Of a DNA stretch of 64,000 nucleotides, positions 21,404 through 31,790 are shown piece by piece. This DNA is from Terriglobia bacterium (lineage in GTDB: Bacteria > Acidobacteriota > Terriglobia > 20CM-2-55-15). The position numbers and the translations under genes were made by a program. The stretch is from NCBI GenBank assembly GCA_965218585.1, contig CBDCLE010000012.1, forward strand, positions 96,001 through 160,000. Direction: 5' to 3'. Within the stretch, counting starts at the first letter, position 1, and the number at the start of each line of letters is the position of its first letter. The notes beneath the pieces were generated by a model. That model was not told where the DNA came from. It saw nothing but the letters and a program-made list of their open reading frames with translations, and ran no database searches.

Positions 21404-21816
21404 CTCTTCTTCTCTTCGATTTCCTTGCGCATACTATCGAGCAAGCCGTTTATGAACTGGGGAGATTCCCGGGTGCTGAAACGGCGCGCGATTTCGATCG
21501 CCTCATTGATGACGACCGTCGCCGGTGTTTCCTCGTCGAACAGCAATTCTTCTGTGGCCATGCGTAACAGGTTCCGGTCGAGCGTTTCCATCCGGTCCAG
21601 TCGCCAGTTCTTGGTGTGGCGTTCGATCAAGGCATCGAGCGTGTCGAGATGTTCGACTGTTCCCTGGACCAGGCGGTCGGCGAATTCACGGACGTCGTCG
21701 TCAGCCGTGTTTACTTCCCAGAATGTTGCAATGACCGAATCCAGGTCGTCGCGCCTCAGATCCCACTGATACAACACCTGGAGCGCATATTCTCTCGCAG
21801 CCCGTCTGTTGCCCAC
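21400..21816 (-). CDS. nusB: Transcription antitermination factor NusB
   Basis: RRAAREYALQVLYQ, VINEAIEIA, FINGLLD. Confidence 0.95.
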   Translation of the reverse strand: MGNRRAAREYALQVLYQWDLRRDDLDSVIATFWEVNTADDDVREFADRLVQGTVEHLDTLDALIERHTKNWRLDRMETLDRNLLRMATEELLFDEETPATVVINEAIEIARRFSTRESPQFINGLLDSMRKEIEEKKS

Positions 21817-21818
21817 CC

Positions 21819-22304
21819 TTAAATACCCCGAAGGGTCGCGAGCATCTCGATAGCTGCAATCGCCGCGTCATAGCCCCGGTTACCAACATCGCCACCGGCC
21901 CGCGCCAGGGCTTGCTCTACGGTGTCAGTGGTCAGGACGCCAAAACCGACAGGAATTCCGGCATCCAGAGAGACCCGTTCCAATCCTTCCGCAGCCGCTC
22001 GACTCACATATTCGTGGTGATCGGTCTCACCCCGAATGACACAACCCAGTGCAATCACGGCGTCGTGTCCTCCAGACAATTTTTGTGCGGCCAGTGGCAA
22101 TTCGAATGCTCCCGGCACACGCAGGACCACTACCGAATCACGAGACGTGCCCGTCTCTTCGAGTGCCGCCAATGCCCCTTCGAGAAGACGATCCACGATC
22201 TCTTCGTTAAACCGGGTCGCAGCGATTGCGAAGCTGTGACCCGCCGAACTCAAACCCTTGAGCGGAGAGGGCTCCTTCTTACTTCCCTTTGAAGTTGGGG
22301 ACAC
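21819..22304 (-). CDS. ribH: 6,7-dimethyl-8-ribityllumazine synthase
   Basis: RFN, VPGAFELP, GCVIRGETDH, FGVLT; adjacent to nusB. Confidence 0.95.
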   Translation of the reverse strand: MSPTSKGSKKEPSPLKGLSSAGHSFAIAATRFNEEIVDRLLEGALAALEETGTSRDSVVVLRVPGAFELPLAAQKLSGGHDAVIALGCVIRGETDHHEYVSRAAAEGLERVSLDAGIPVGFGVLTTDTVEQALARAGGDVGNRGYDAAIAAIEMLATLRGI

Positions 22305-23058
22305 GTTTCTCCAGGAACGCCCTGGTTCCTTCCTTCTGATCCTCGGTCGAAAAGCACATGCCGAACAACGCCGCTTCCAGGAACTGCCCTTCGTTCTGGG
22401 TCATTTCCATGCCACGATGGACGGCCTCGAGGCAGTACTGCACGGCCAGTGGCGCGTTCGCCATGATCTTTCTGGCCAGTTTTTCGGCAGCTTCGACAAG
22501 TTCTCCCTGGGGGACAACCGCGTTCACCAAACCCATTCCCATAGCCGCCTCAGCAGAGACCTGTTCTCCCGAAAGCAAAATCTCCAGGGCCCTTCCCTTT
22601 CCGACGAGCCTCGAGAGTCGTTGCGAACCGCCGTATCCGGGAATCAGACCCAATCGGACTTCAGGTTGGCCGAAGACGGCGTTTTCAGATGCGATACGCA
22701 GCGTACACGCCAACGCCAGTTCGCATCCCCCACCCAGGGCATAGCCGTTGACGGCTGCGATGACGGGTTTGCCCAGCTGTTCAATAAAATTGAGAACGTC
22801 CTGGCCCGCGAGGGCATATTCCCGTCCGCCTTCAGGGGACAGAGAGGTGAACTCTTTGATGTCTGCTCCCGCGACGAATGCCTTTTCGCCACTCCCGGTC
22901 AGGATGACGACCCGCACCTCGTCGTCATTGGCCCCAGACTCGAAAGCCGAGAACAGTTCCGACATCGTCAACTGGTCGAGTGCATTGAGCACCTTCGGCC
23001 GGTTGATGCTGACGAAAGCAACCCCGTCCTTAACTTCGTAGAGCAGATTCTCAAACAT
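22279..23058 (-). CDS. Enoyl-CoA hydratase / crotonase
   Basis: NRPKVLNAL, FVAGADI, ALGGGCELA, GQPEV.LG. Confidence 0.92.
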   Translation of the reverse strand: MFENLLYEVKDGVAFVSINRPKVLNALDQLTMSELFSAFESGANDDEVRVVILTGSGEKAFVAGADIKEFTSLSPEGGREYALAGQDVLNFIEQLGKPVIAAVNGYALGGGCELALACTLRIASENAVFGQPEVRLGLIPGYGGSQRLSRLVGKGRALEILLSGEQVSAEAAMGMGLVNAVVPQGELVEAAEKLARKIMANAPLAVQYCLEAVHRGMEMTQNEGQFLEAALFGMCFSTEDQKEGTRAFLEKRVPNFKGK

Positions 23059-23078
23059 TGTTCAATCGGTATCAAGAC

Positions 23079-23244
23079 CAACGCAGAGACGCAGAGACGC
23101 AGAGAAAGAAAAGGACAGGCTGTCTAAATTCCGACCAGCCACCGTCTATTGGGTTTGCAATGACGCCTTGGGAAACCACGACAGCTCATTCAAACGCAAC
23201 CCTGCACAACCAAACCTCTGCGTTCTCTGCGCCTCTGCGTTGAA
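23079..23244. repeat. Bipartite inverted-repeat element (ACGCAGAG x3 arms, ~110-bp core)
   Basis: CAACGCAGAGACGCAGAGACGCAGAG...CTCTGCGTTCTCTGCGCCTCTGCGTTGAA. Confidence 0.85.
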
Positions 23245-23305
23245 ACAAACTCTTAGTCAGGCAAAACGTCCGGCGCAGGTCGTCGCAATTATCTCACAGA
23301 CCGAG

Positions 23306-24262
23306 TTACCGGTAACGGACAGTGAAGTTGGAATTTACGGTTTGGCCAGGGTAGGTGCGGGTAAGGGAAAACACGTCGGATGAGGTGAAGGGATCCGTCA
23401 TCGGTTCTGCGTAGACTGTGTAGTTTCCAGCGGACAATCCCTGGATCGTGAACTCCCCGTCGGGATTCGTCACGGCGCTGGCGGCAGCCGTCCCGTTGGA
23501 GTCGATCGCTACAACCATGGCGCCGAACACGGCTGCGTTCGCCGTCGTGCGAACCGTTCCACTGATGGAACCCAGGGCAGAGAAAGTGGATGTGGGATAT
23601 GTCGTCGAGAGGCCGATCTGGTCATCGAGCTGTATCGTTCTAGGGAAACTAACACCCGCAAGAATTGTCGGGAACATGGCCGAAGACAGGATATTGGAAT
23701 GATCCAGTCCCAGGAGATGCCCGACCTCGTGTGTCGCGACTGATTCCAGGTCATACCGATCCGACGGGGTTGTCGTGCTCAGGCTGAAGCTGGTATCAGG
23801 GTTGAACATGATGTCGGCGTCAATGATCTGCCCGGGAAACTCAATCGTTGTACCGGTTGTGGCGTCGATTCCTGTACTGGTAAAGCTGAAGATCCCTGTC
23901 AATCCGAGAGCAGTCGAATTGAAATCAGACGTTGTGATGTTGGTCGTAACAAGGTTTACCAGATCCAGTCCCGGCTTCACGGTGGCGGCGGTGACGGCGC
24001 CCTAGCTCATTGAAATGTCTGAGGTCGTCACATCTATCCATTGCTGGAATGAACTTACGAACACATCAGCTTGTTCCCGGTCTCCAGTCACGTTCGAACC
24101 CACGGTCGGATTCATACGCCACGTGAGCGGAAAGAAAGAATCTGCCCATTTCACCGTGACGACGTTTCCGCTTGTGTCGAGATTCGTCTCCGGGATATAG
24201 GCCAGGAGCGGAACCGTCAGAAGGAGAACAACAGAAATCCCTGCTACGCGTGTCCGGTTCAT
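23306..24262 (-). pseudogene. Secreted matrixin-like (M10) zinc metalloprotease with carboxypeptidase-regulatory-like domain; single in-frame TAG
   Basis: HEVGHLLGLDH and Met-turn; ORFs 24002-24262 and 23306-23980 are in frame, separated by TAG at 24002-24004. Confidence 0.8.
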
Positions 24263-24816
24263 TGGATCAGCTCCCGTATCCGGGCTTTGAAATCTTCAAG
24301 CCCAACTCTCCTCACGACGGAAGCACCGGAAACAATTCCCGTCTTTGGACTCAAGAGGTCCACGCCACTGATGTTCGAGATCGCGAAGTCCTCTTCGATG
24401 ACATAGCGCCCCTGGTTGAGGCCCACAACGTGGAACGTCCCGTTGCCGGCATCCTTCAGGAAAACAATAATGGCGGCTCCTTCATCGAACTCCGGCATCC
24501 CGGGTACGGACATCACCAACGCCCCGACCTGGCCTCCCATCTGGCGTATCGTGAGCGTCCGTCGTCGCTCGCCCTTCAGCGGATCGTCCACGCGTATTGA
24601 TGCATAAGTAAAGATCAGCTTCTTTTCGTTGTCCCATTCGCTGGAAACAGATTCGACAACACCTTGAACAATGCTGTCCGACTCGGCGACAAGGTCCTCC
24701 AGTTCCATCTCGACGACGATGCTGCCGACGGCCGATCCTGCCCAGAGGAGCGTCACGAAACCTAAACCGAGGCAAAGAGCTAACAATTTTCCGTCGATGC
24801 GTGTTCGATGATTCAT
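24259..24816 (-). CDS. Exported hypothetical protein
   Basis: Signal peptide; overlapping start/stop codons with both neighbours. Confidence 0.7.
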   Translation of the reverse strand: MNHRTRIDGKLLALCLGLGFVTLLWAGSAVGSIVVEMELEDLVAESDSIVQGVVESVSSEWDNEKKLIFTYASIRVDDPLKGERRRTLTIRQMGGQVGALVMSVPGMPEFDEGAAIIVFLKDAGNGTFHVVGLNQGRYVIEEDFAISNISGVDLLSPKTGIVSGASVVRRVGLEDFKARIRELIQ

Positions 24817-26870
24817 TGAATGATGAGTCCTCCGGAAAGCACGGACGTGTCCAGGTTGGAGTTTGTGACGGTTACGGTTCGAGGGCCGAGGGCCGCATTG
24901 GCGTCGACCGCGATCTGAACGAACATTACGTCGCCCGAATACGCTATGTTGGACAAAGTGATTCCGGTACCGCTGACGGTTACCGTCGATCCGTTTGCCT
25001 CACTGACCTCTGTACCCGCAACGATGATGTCGGTTGTCTGTCCCTGCGAAACCAAGGCACTGCTGGAGGCGAAGGAAATACCCTGGGAACGATCACCCAC
25101 ACCGATACTCGTGACGTTGAGGCTCCCTGCGGGCGCGGGTACATATATGTCCACTCCAGTGGTCGTCTGGCCCGCAGTGAGGGTGACACTGGACTGAACC
25201 AGCGCCGAGGACGAAGCAGTGACTTCAAGTATCTGTGAAGAAGAAGACGCGCTTCCCGATTGAACAAGAACCGGACCGCTGATCGCCGTCGAAGGGACAA
25301 CGGCTGTGAGCGAGGTCGACGTCGCAGTAGCCGATGTCTGATCGGTCGTACCGCTCGCGGTCGTAAAGACCACAGTGTTGCTTGAAGCCGTCGCGCTGAA
25401 ACCCGACCCGGTCAAGGTCAGCGTATCCCCTCGGGCAACGGATGAGGGTGAAACCGAATCCAGCGTAATCGTCCCCACCGGCGCCGGCGGCGTGTACGTG
25501 ATCCCGGCCCCAATCGCTCCCGGCGCAACGTTGGCAAGAATATTCAGGTTGGTCAGGAAGAACAGTTCAAGCCCATAGAGCGAAACGCCGTTTGTCGTGC
25601 GCACATAAACGAAACCGCCATTGGTTTGGGCAGCGGGTATCCACTCATTGAGCAGGCGTGCGATCTTGGCGCCGGGTGCAAGCGTAAACGCCGCATCCGG
25701 AGCGTCCAGAGCCCCACCGATGAGCGTGCCGCCTGGATTCATCGCATAAACCTCGACATTCGCAGCGGTATTGGAGGTGTTGAGCAGCGCGACTCCTGTC
25801 GCCCAACCGGTCGCCTGGGCAATGTGTGAGAACAACATGTTCTCGAGGGCCGATGCCTGGGCGGGAACGATCGCCAGCCCCTTAGCTCCCGTGCCGGCAT
25901 AAGCAACGAATCCCGTAACGGGCGAGGAGGAAAGGCTCGTTACCTGAACCCAACCTTCCTGAAATTCACTGGCGGACAATCCGAACAATGATTCCGCACT
26001 CTCGGACAACCCTCCGTTGCCAGCAATCGTTCGCTGGACGGACGTCGCGGTCCCGGGACAGGTTCCCGCTGCTGGGCACGGGGTGAATGTGATCGTGACG
26101 TTGTTACTCGTTGCTGCCAGGTTCGTCACACCAACCGAGGTAATCCAGCCCGCGCCATTGATAACATGGGGAAAATTCAGTTCTGTTGTAACCGCTGACG
26201 CATCGACTCCGTTTACCACCCCCCAGGAAGGACTGACGAGAAAGTCGCTGACAATAGCCGTCGCAGCCACCGACGCACCGCCGGTCATCAGGATGTGAGT
26301 TGCCTGGCTGAGGTCGACACCCGAGAATAGGGATGCGGCCGAAGATTGAAAAACTCCCATTCCGGCTATCGTCTGTAGGGAGGACGCCATCTCGGTGCCG
26401 TTCCCTTGACGTAGGGAGATCGTGACGCTTGCTGTAGTTGCAGCCGTATTCGCGATATTAATTTCCGTGCTGGACGCCACCAGCGGAAACATCGGACTTG
26501 AGACTGGGGGAGCGGCCTCCGCACCGTCTGTGAAAGTCGCGAAATCACCACCAATCCAGAATCCCTGGAGGCCGGTTGTGTCGCTGGTCATCTGAACCCA
26601 GCCGGGAGTTGTGGTCGCGGGGAACAACTCGGATCCCAGCCGGGCAAACTGGCCCCCGGTATCTATGGTCTGGGTCGTCGTGGCAACGGTGGATCCGGTC
26701 GTGTCGCGAAGGGTGAACGTGGCTGTGGCATCGGCACTACCTGGATTGACGATGGCGAAACCGGTGAGGGCGAGATCAGACTGCGTATAGAGCCGCGGAA
26801 AATTGAGTGTGGACTGCCCAAAAACAGTCGCCGGCACGAGGAGCCACAGCAGCAAGAGACCTTTCTTCAC
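24813..26870 (-). CDS. Secreted Ser/Thr-rich IPT/TIG-domain surface protein
   Basis: GTG start with GGAGG RBS, signal peptide, repeated FPH...GW.T domains, LTLTGSGF IPT motif. Confidence 0.75.
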   Translation of the reverse strand: MKKGLLLLWLLVPATVFGQSTLNFPRLYTQSDLALTGFAIVNPGSADATATFTLRDTTGSTVATTTQTIDTGGQFARLGSELFPATTTPGWVQMTSDTTGLQGFWIGGDFATFTDGAEAAPPVSSPMFPLVASSTEINIANTAATTASVTISLRQGNGTEMASSLQTIAGMGVFQSSAASLFSGVDLSQATHILMTGGASVAATAIVSDFLVSPSWGVVNGVDASAVTTELNFPHVINGAGWITSVGVTNLAATSNNVTITFTPCPAAGTCPGTATSVQRTIAGNGGLSESAESLFGLSASEFQEGWVQVTSLSSSPVTGFVAYAGTGAKGLAIVPAQASALENMLFSHIAQATGWATGVALLNTSNTAANVEVYAMNPGGTLIGGALDAPDAAFTLAPGAKIARLLNEWIPAAQTNGGFVYVRTTNGVSLYGLELFFLTNLNILANVAPGAIGAGITYTPPAPVGTITLDSVSPSSVARGDTLTLTGSGFSATASSNTVVFTTASGTTDQTSATATSTSLTAVVPSTAISGPVLVQSGSASSSSQILEVTASSSALVQSSVTLTAGQTTTGVDIYVPAPAGSLNVTSIGVGDRSQGISFASSSALVSQGQTTDIIVAGTEVSEANGSTVTVSGTGITLSNIAYSGDVMFVQIAVDANAALGPRTVTVTNSNLDTSVLSGGLIIQ

Positions 26871-26973
26871 CCATCCTCCTTGGTGGTTCTGGCAGTTATC
26901 GTACAGCCGGGTCACATTTGCTATCAATAGGCTTTATCACCAATTAGTTAGAACACGAACCGAGGGCGCTGAT

Positions 26974-27066
26974 TTAACCACAAAGGCGCAGAGATACAAG
27001 GAAGACAGGATTTCCTTCCAAAGAAATCAAAGAAGATTTTTCCCGTGCCTCTGTGCCTCCGTGGTT
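26974..27066. repeat. Bipartite inverted-repeat element (CCACAAAG/GCAGAG variant)
   Basis: TTAACCACAAAGGCGCAGAGATACAAG...GTGCCTCTGTGCCTCCGTGGTT. Confidence 0.65.
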
Positions 27067-27135
27067 CTGATTTCTCTTCTGCACTCTATGCTAGAATTTG
27101 CTTTCGTTTCCAAGAACCCCATAAGGAGCAGAAAA

Positions 27136-27738
27136 GTGAAACTACTGATGATCTTGGGATTGTTCGCGGTGGTCCCGATGGCATTCGCGCAGAGTGGCGG
27201 CAATCTGGAACCTGGCGTTTACGCCGTTTTTGACACGACGCAGGGTGAATTCACCGTCCAACTCTATAACGACCTGGCCCCAAAGACCGTTCAGAACTTC
27301 ATCGCCCTCGCCACGGGAGCCCAGGAATGGCGGCACCCGACCACCGATGAGGTCTTCCAGGAAACGCCGTATTACGACGGCATCGTCTTCCACCGAATTA
27401 TCGAGAACTTCATGATTCAGGGCGGTGACCCCAGTGGCACGGGTATGGGGGGACCGGGATATCGGTTTGAAGACGAGTTCCATCCCGATGCGCGCCACAG
27501 CCGGGCTGGAATCCTTTCGATGGCCAACGCCGGCCCGGATACCAACGGCAGCCAGTTCTTCATCACGCTGGGACCCACGCCCCACCTGGACAACGTTCAC
27601 TCCGTGTTCGGTGAAGTCGTCGAAGGCATGGACATCATCATGAAGATCGGCAGTGTCGATACGGGCGCACGCGACAAACCTGTTGAAGATGTCGTAATGA
27701 ACAAGGTCACGATCCAGCAGGTGCAACGGGTCGACTAG
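27136..27738 (+). CDS. Cyclophilin-type peptidyl-prolyl isomerase, exported
   Basis: FHRIIENFMIQGGDP, LSMANAGPDTNGSQFFIT; GTG start after AAGGAG. Confidence 0.95.
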   Translation: MKLLMILGLFAVVPMAFAQSGGNLEPGVYAVFDTTQGEFTVQLYNDLAPKTVQNFIALATGAQEWRHPTTDEVFQETPYYDGIVFHRIIENFMIQGGDPSGTGMGGPGYRFEDEFHPDARHSRAGILSMANAGPDTNGSQFFITLGPTPHLDNVHSVFGEVVEGMDIIMKIGSVDTGARDKPVEDVVMNKVTIQQVQRVD

Positions 27739-27755
27739 CCGGCAGGAAAAAGATC

Positions 27756-27826
27756 TAACGCAGAGACGCAGAGGAAGAACGAAATAGACTGCCAACGCCT
27801 CTGCGTCTCTGCGCCTCTGCGTTGAA
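27756..27826. repeat. Short bipartite inverted-repeat element (ACGCAGAG family)
   Basis: TAACGCAGAGACGCAGAG...CTCTGCGTCTCTGCGCCTCTGCGTTGAA between convergent stops. Confidence 0.85.
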
Positions 27827-27828
27827 AG

Positions 27829-29241
27829 TCATCTTTCCGATTCACCCCTAAGTACTTCCAGGAATTCAGTAGCGGCATAGCCCGATCGGATGACGCGGAC
27901 TCCCAGTTCGTTTTCCACATCCGCCAACGTCATGTCATCTAAGAACAGACCCTCGTCCCCGATCATTGCTTCGGACGGCAAAACCACGAAGTCGCCGTAG
28001 ACCTTATCTTTCAGCGCAGAAACGAAATCACTGCCCGTCAACAGGCCGGCCACGTTGATACCGGAGCCCCAGAACCGGTTCTCTACGGCTACCGTTTTCA
28101 GGTCCGCAGGTAACCGGGACACGCACTCCGTCAAATAGGAGTGGAATAACAGTCCTGTACAGACGGTTCCTTTCAAACCAGCACTATCGAAATCAGTTGC
28201 AGAGCGATCGAAATCGGCATCAAACTCATCGAGAAACGTCCGGACCATTCCGACACCGTTCTCGATCTGAGGAAATTCCTGATAGTGATCGCTCTCGGGA
28301 ATCGGCTGGCCGGCGAGTATGTAGAATTCGTCTCCCAGAAACACGAATGGCGTCCCACGGTTTTCTTGAAATTCCCGCTGGATAGGCTCTATATGCAAGA
28401 TTGCCTCGCGGGCGTAATCCGGCGTTACGGGATCGAGCTCTGGCAGCCCTTTGCGGTGGTCGGTGAGCCCGACCGGCACGACGGCTACAGACTGCACCGA
28501 TGGGTGACGGCGTGACAGGTCTTCGATCGTGCGTTCCAAGTGTTTGCCGTCGTTCAGGCCCGGGCACAAGACGACCTGACAGTGTAGGAAGATCCCGGCT
28601 TCTGTCAGGCGATCCAGTTTTTCGTCGAGGCCATCGTAGACTTCGTTCCCCAACAATCGCGTTCGAAGTTCAGGCTCAGTCGCATGGACCGAAATGTAGA
28701 GGGGGGAGAGCCGCTGTTCGATAATCCGATCCAGCTCTGCCTCATTCACATTCGTCAGCGTCAGGTAATTCCCAAAGAGAAATGAGAGGCGATAGTCTTC
28801 GTCTTTAATACGCAGGGACCGGCGTGTATCAGCCGGGTTCTGGTGTACGAAACAAAATATGCAGTCGTTGTCGCAGACCCAAGGTTCGATGGGTTCGAAC
28901 TCGACACCAAAACTCTCCCACTCTTCCCGCTCAAATTCCAGCATCCGGTTTAACGTGCGCAAAGACAGCGGTTCGTCAAAGGCTGCCATCTCGAACTGCA
29001 GGTCAATAACGTCTCTGGGCGGCCTGCCGTTAACTTCGACAATCTCGTCACCGGCGGCAAGTCCAATGCGCGCCGCCAGGGATTCCGGCTCGATTTCCAG
29101 GATCCGTAGCGGAGCGGAAGCACCGCGGTGCGTCGGTGGCGCGTGCCGATACTCGTGCTGTGCTGAGAGTTTCCTCTGGATGTCCTGGTCGTTGGTTCTG
29201 CGAATGTAGGCGCCGGCCGAAAACTGCTTTTTCTGGTCCAC
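27829..29241 (-). CDS. PDZ + DUF512 putative Fe-S/radical SAM-like protein
   Basis: CDNDCIFCFVHQNP, KDEDYRLSFL.GN, QIENGVG, AGLLTG.D. Confidence 0.88.
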   Translation of the reverse strand: MDQKKQFSAGAYIRRTNDQDIQRKLSAQHEYRHAPPTHRGASAPLRILEIEPESLAARIGLAAGDEIVEVNGRPPRDVIDLQFEMAAFDEPLSLRTLNRMLEFEREEWESFGVEFEPIEPWVCDNDCIFCFVHQNPADTRRSLRIKDEDYRLSFLFGNYLTLTNVNEAELDRIIEQRLSPLYISVHATEPELRTRLLGNEVYDGLDEKLDRLTEAGIFLHCQVVLCPGLNDGKHLERTIEDLSRRHPSVQSVAVVPVGLTDHRKGLPELDPVTPDYAREAILHIEPIQREFQENRGTPFVFLGDEFYILAGQPIPESDHYQEFPQIENGVGMVRTFLDEFDADFDRSATDFDSAGLKGTVCTGLLFHSYLTECVSRLPADLKTVAVENRFWGSGINVAGLLTGSDFVSALKDKVYGDFVVLPSEAMIGDEGLFLDDMTLADVENELGVRVIRSGYAATEFLEVLRGESER

Positions 29242-29251
29242 GTAGCAGCCC

Positions 29252-29875
29252 TTAATGTTCCAGAAGCCTACGTCCAACCGCAAGGTACTGGAAACCCGAA
29301 ATAACAGTCAGCAGGCCGGTCAAGATGAACAGGAAATATAGCGCGCCTTCCTGAACACCCATCCAGTTGTAGAAGAGAACGGCAACCACGGTCAGGAGCT
29401 GGAACAATGTGTTCGCTTTCCCTACAACGGTTGGCGGAAAGACGCGGAAGCCGTGGGTGAGAATGAAGGCCAGACTACCGAGGAGTATGAACACGTCGCG
29501 AAAAATCACCAGGAGCAGGAGCCAGATCGGAATCGGATTTGCAAACCCCATCTGCGGCAACGACAACACGACTATGGAACTGCTCATGAGCAGCTTGTCG
29601 GCAATCGGATCCAGGATCGCGCCGAGAGCTGTCTTCTGTTGGTAATGACGCGCGATAATCCCGTCCAGCCCATCGGTCGCCGCGGCAACGAAGAACGTGA
29701 CGAGTGCCCAACCCAGCCGATTGTAGACAAGTAGAATGACGCACACGGGAATGAAAACGATCCTCAGGATCGTCAACTGGTTAGCGATCGTTAAGATGCT
29801 TGGCCGGTATTTTTCGACCGTGCTGTCGGAAAGGCTGGGAGAAACGTTTTTCATCCTAAATAGGAAAGGACGCAA
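29252..29875 (-). CDS. CDP-alcohol phosphatidyltransferase (PgsA-like)
   Basis: ANQLTILRI, DGLDGIIAR...GAILDPIADK. Confidence 0.9.
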   Translation of the reverse strand: MRPFLFRMKNVSPSLSDSTVEKYRPSILTIANQLTILRIVFIPVCVILLVYNRLGWALVTFFVAAATDGLDGIIARHYQQKTALGAILDPIADKLLMSSSIVVLSLPQMGFANPIPIWLLLLVIFRDVFILLGSLAFILTHGFRVFPPTVVGKANTLFQLLTVVAVLFYNWMGVQEGALYFLFILTGLLTVISGFQYLAVGRRLLEH

Positions 29876-29926
29876 TGACTGCGGTCACTGCGTCCCTCAA
29901 GAATCTGAATCCGTTATCGTCGGGGT

Positions 29927-30356
29927 CTACTCCGCAGTCACGGGCACCACAACGTCAATGATCTGGCGGGAGCAGAATCCGTCAGCCTTGGAACAGAAAA
30001 AGTAGACGAGTTCCCCGGGGACCTCATAGTCTCCGGCAACGGCCGCTTCGACCTCCACGTTAAACACGGGTACATCGACGTAGTACTCGTCGGTCGACTT
30101 CGGGTCGTCCGGAGAGGCAACAAGGTTGGCCGCGTCGTGCGTCAGTCCCTCGACATCCTGCAGCTTCAGCTGCATTGATGGTATTCGGTTGATCACGTAG
30201 CCATCGATAACGTCAAGCGATACGACAACCTCGCCGGAAGCGCCAGCTTCGACAGCGTCTTCGGAATAGTTAGGGTGCACGATCTGCGGCAGCCCGCCTC
30301 CCAGACTGATGAGCTGGGAAAGAAGAAGGATGATTCCAAAGCCAAAGTTCACCATA
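29927..30356 (-). CDS. Exported hypothetical protein (YFFCSKADGFC)
   Basis: Signal peptide and C-terminal Cys pair, reminiscent of DsbD N-domain. Confidence 0.5.
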
Positions 30357-30432
30357 ATAGTCTCCTCCGATTGGTCGTCCGGAATCTGCCGGAACGACAT
30401 CGAATACGCTGGAAATTGTTCAGAATTATAGC

Positions 30433-31524
30433 ATGAGAGTCATTTCGGTCGTGGGCGCCCGCCCCAACTTCATGAAGATCGCGCCCCTGGCCGACGAGTT
30501 CTCCCGGATCCCGGGAATCAGTCATTTGCTGGTTCACACCGGACAGCATTACGACCCAGAGATGTCTGACGTTTTTTTTCAGGATTTGTCAATTCCCAGG
30601 CCCGATGTCGATCTGGAAGTCGGGTCCGCTTCCCATGCCGCCCAGACTGCTCAGATCATGACCCGGTTCGAAAAGGTCTGCGTGGAGCAACGTCCCGACC
30701 TTGTGATCGTTGTGGGTGACGTGAACTCGACGATGGCCGCCACGCTGGTGGCGTCCAAGATGGGTATCCCAGTTGCTCACGTCGAAGCCGGCCTGCGGAG
30801 CTTCGACCGCAGGATGCCCGAAGAGATAAATCGTGTTGTGACCGACCAGTTGGCCGACTACTTGTTCACGACAAGCCGGGGGGCCGACGAAAACCTGAAG
30901 CGGGAAGGCGTGAGCGGCGAAAAAATCCACTTCGTCGGCAACGTCATGATCGACACACTGCTCGCTCACAAGGGGAAGGCCGAAGGCCTGGACTCTGCCT
31001 CCCGTTTTGGAGTCGATGGTGAATCGTACGCCCTGATGACCCTGCACCGGCCGTCGAACGTAGACGACCGGTCAACCCTTGAAGACATTCTGACTGCAGT
31101 TCAGGACATCTCGAAATCACTCCCTGTCGTCTTTCCGATTCATCCCCGTACGTCAAGACGTATCCGGGAGTTTGAACTGGATCCCATGGTCCACGGCAAC
31201 GTCAGACTCACAGAACCGCTGGGATACCTCGAGTTTCTGAACTTGATGTCAGGCGCACAGTTGGTCCTTACAGATTCGGGAGGACTGCAGGAAGAAACGA
31301 CCATCCTGGGGGTCCCCTGCCTCACGATCCGTGAAAACACCGAGCGTCCCGTGACGATATCCGAGGGCACGAACGAATTGGTCGGAACGGATCCGGATCG
31401 CATCCGGGAACAAGCCGGCAAGATCCTGTCGGGAAACTGGAAAACACCCCGTGTCCCAGAGCTCTGGGACGGAAAGGCCGCTGAACGTATTGTTGCGATC
31501 CTTACTGCGGACGTTTCGGCCTGA
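30433..31524 (+). CDS. wecB: UDP-N-acetylglucosamine 2-epimerase (non-hydrolysing)
   Basis: GARPNFMK, HTGQHYD, HVEAGLRS, TDSGGLQEE. Confidence 0.93.
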   Translation: MRVISVVGARPNFMKIAPLADEFSRIPGISHLLVHTGQHYDPEMSDVFFQDLSIPRPDVDLEVGSASHAAQTAQIMTRFEKVCVEQRPDLVIVVGDVNSTMAATLVASKMGIPVAHVEAGLRSFDRRMPEEINRVVTDQLADYLFTTSRGADENLKREGVSGEKIHFVGNVMIDTLLAHKGKAEGLDSASRFGVDGESYALMTLHRPSNVDDRSTLEDILTAVQDISKSLPVVFPIHPRTSRRIREFELDPMVHGNVRLTEPLGYLEFLNLMSGAQLVLTDSGGLQEETTILGVPCLTIRENTERPVTISEGTNELVGTDPDRIREQAGKILSGNWKTPRVPELWDGKAAERIVAILTADVSA

Positions 31525-31790
31525 CCTGAAGATCCCTCGATCCGAAGATTGCAAGCATCAACACAAAGGCAGGAACGTAAGGAACTTTCTTATATCGAGC
31601 CGTCGTGGGATCCTCCGCTCGCCCAATCGACCCACGCAAATCATGAATTCTCAACCGTGCTAACATGTTGCGGCAGCCAGTTGCGATTTATCGGTAGAGC
31701 GATTACAAGACTGAGCTTTCTGGTCGGCCTCCGAATCACCCATTGATTTACAAGCAATATGGGGCCGCTCCCTGTGGAGAGGATTCGCCG

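Noticed and set aside
24002-24004. In-frame TAG as pyrrolysine or programmed readthrough
   Set aside because: TAG ends normal genes here (mnmA, cyclophilin), no pyl genes are visible, and many neighbours are pseudogenes, so a nonsense mutation is simpler.
21228-27826. ACGCAGAG repeats as a CRISPR array
   Set aside because: They are inverted arms of 8-bp tandem units at dispersed sites, with no regular repeat-spacer period and no cas genes.
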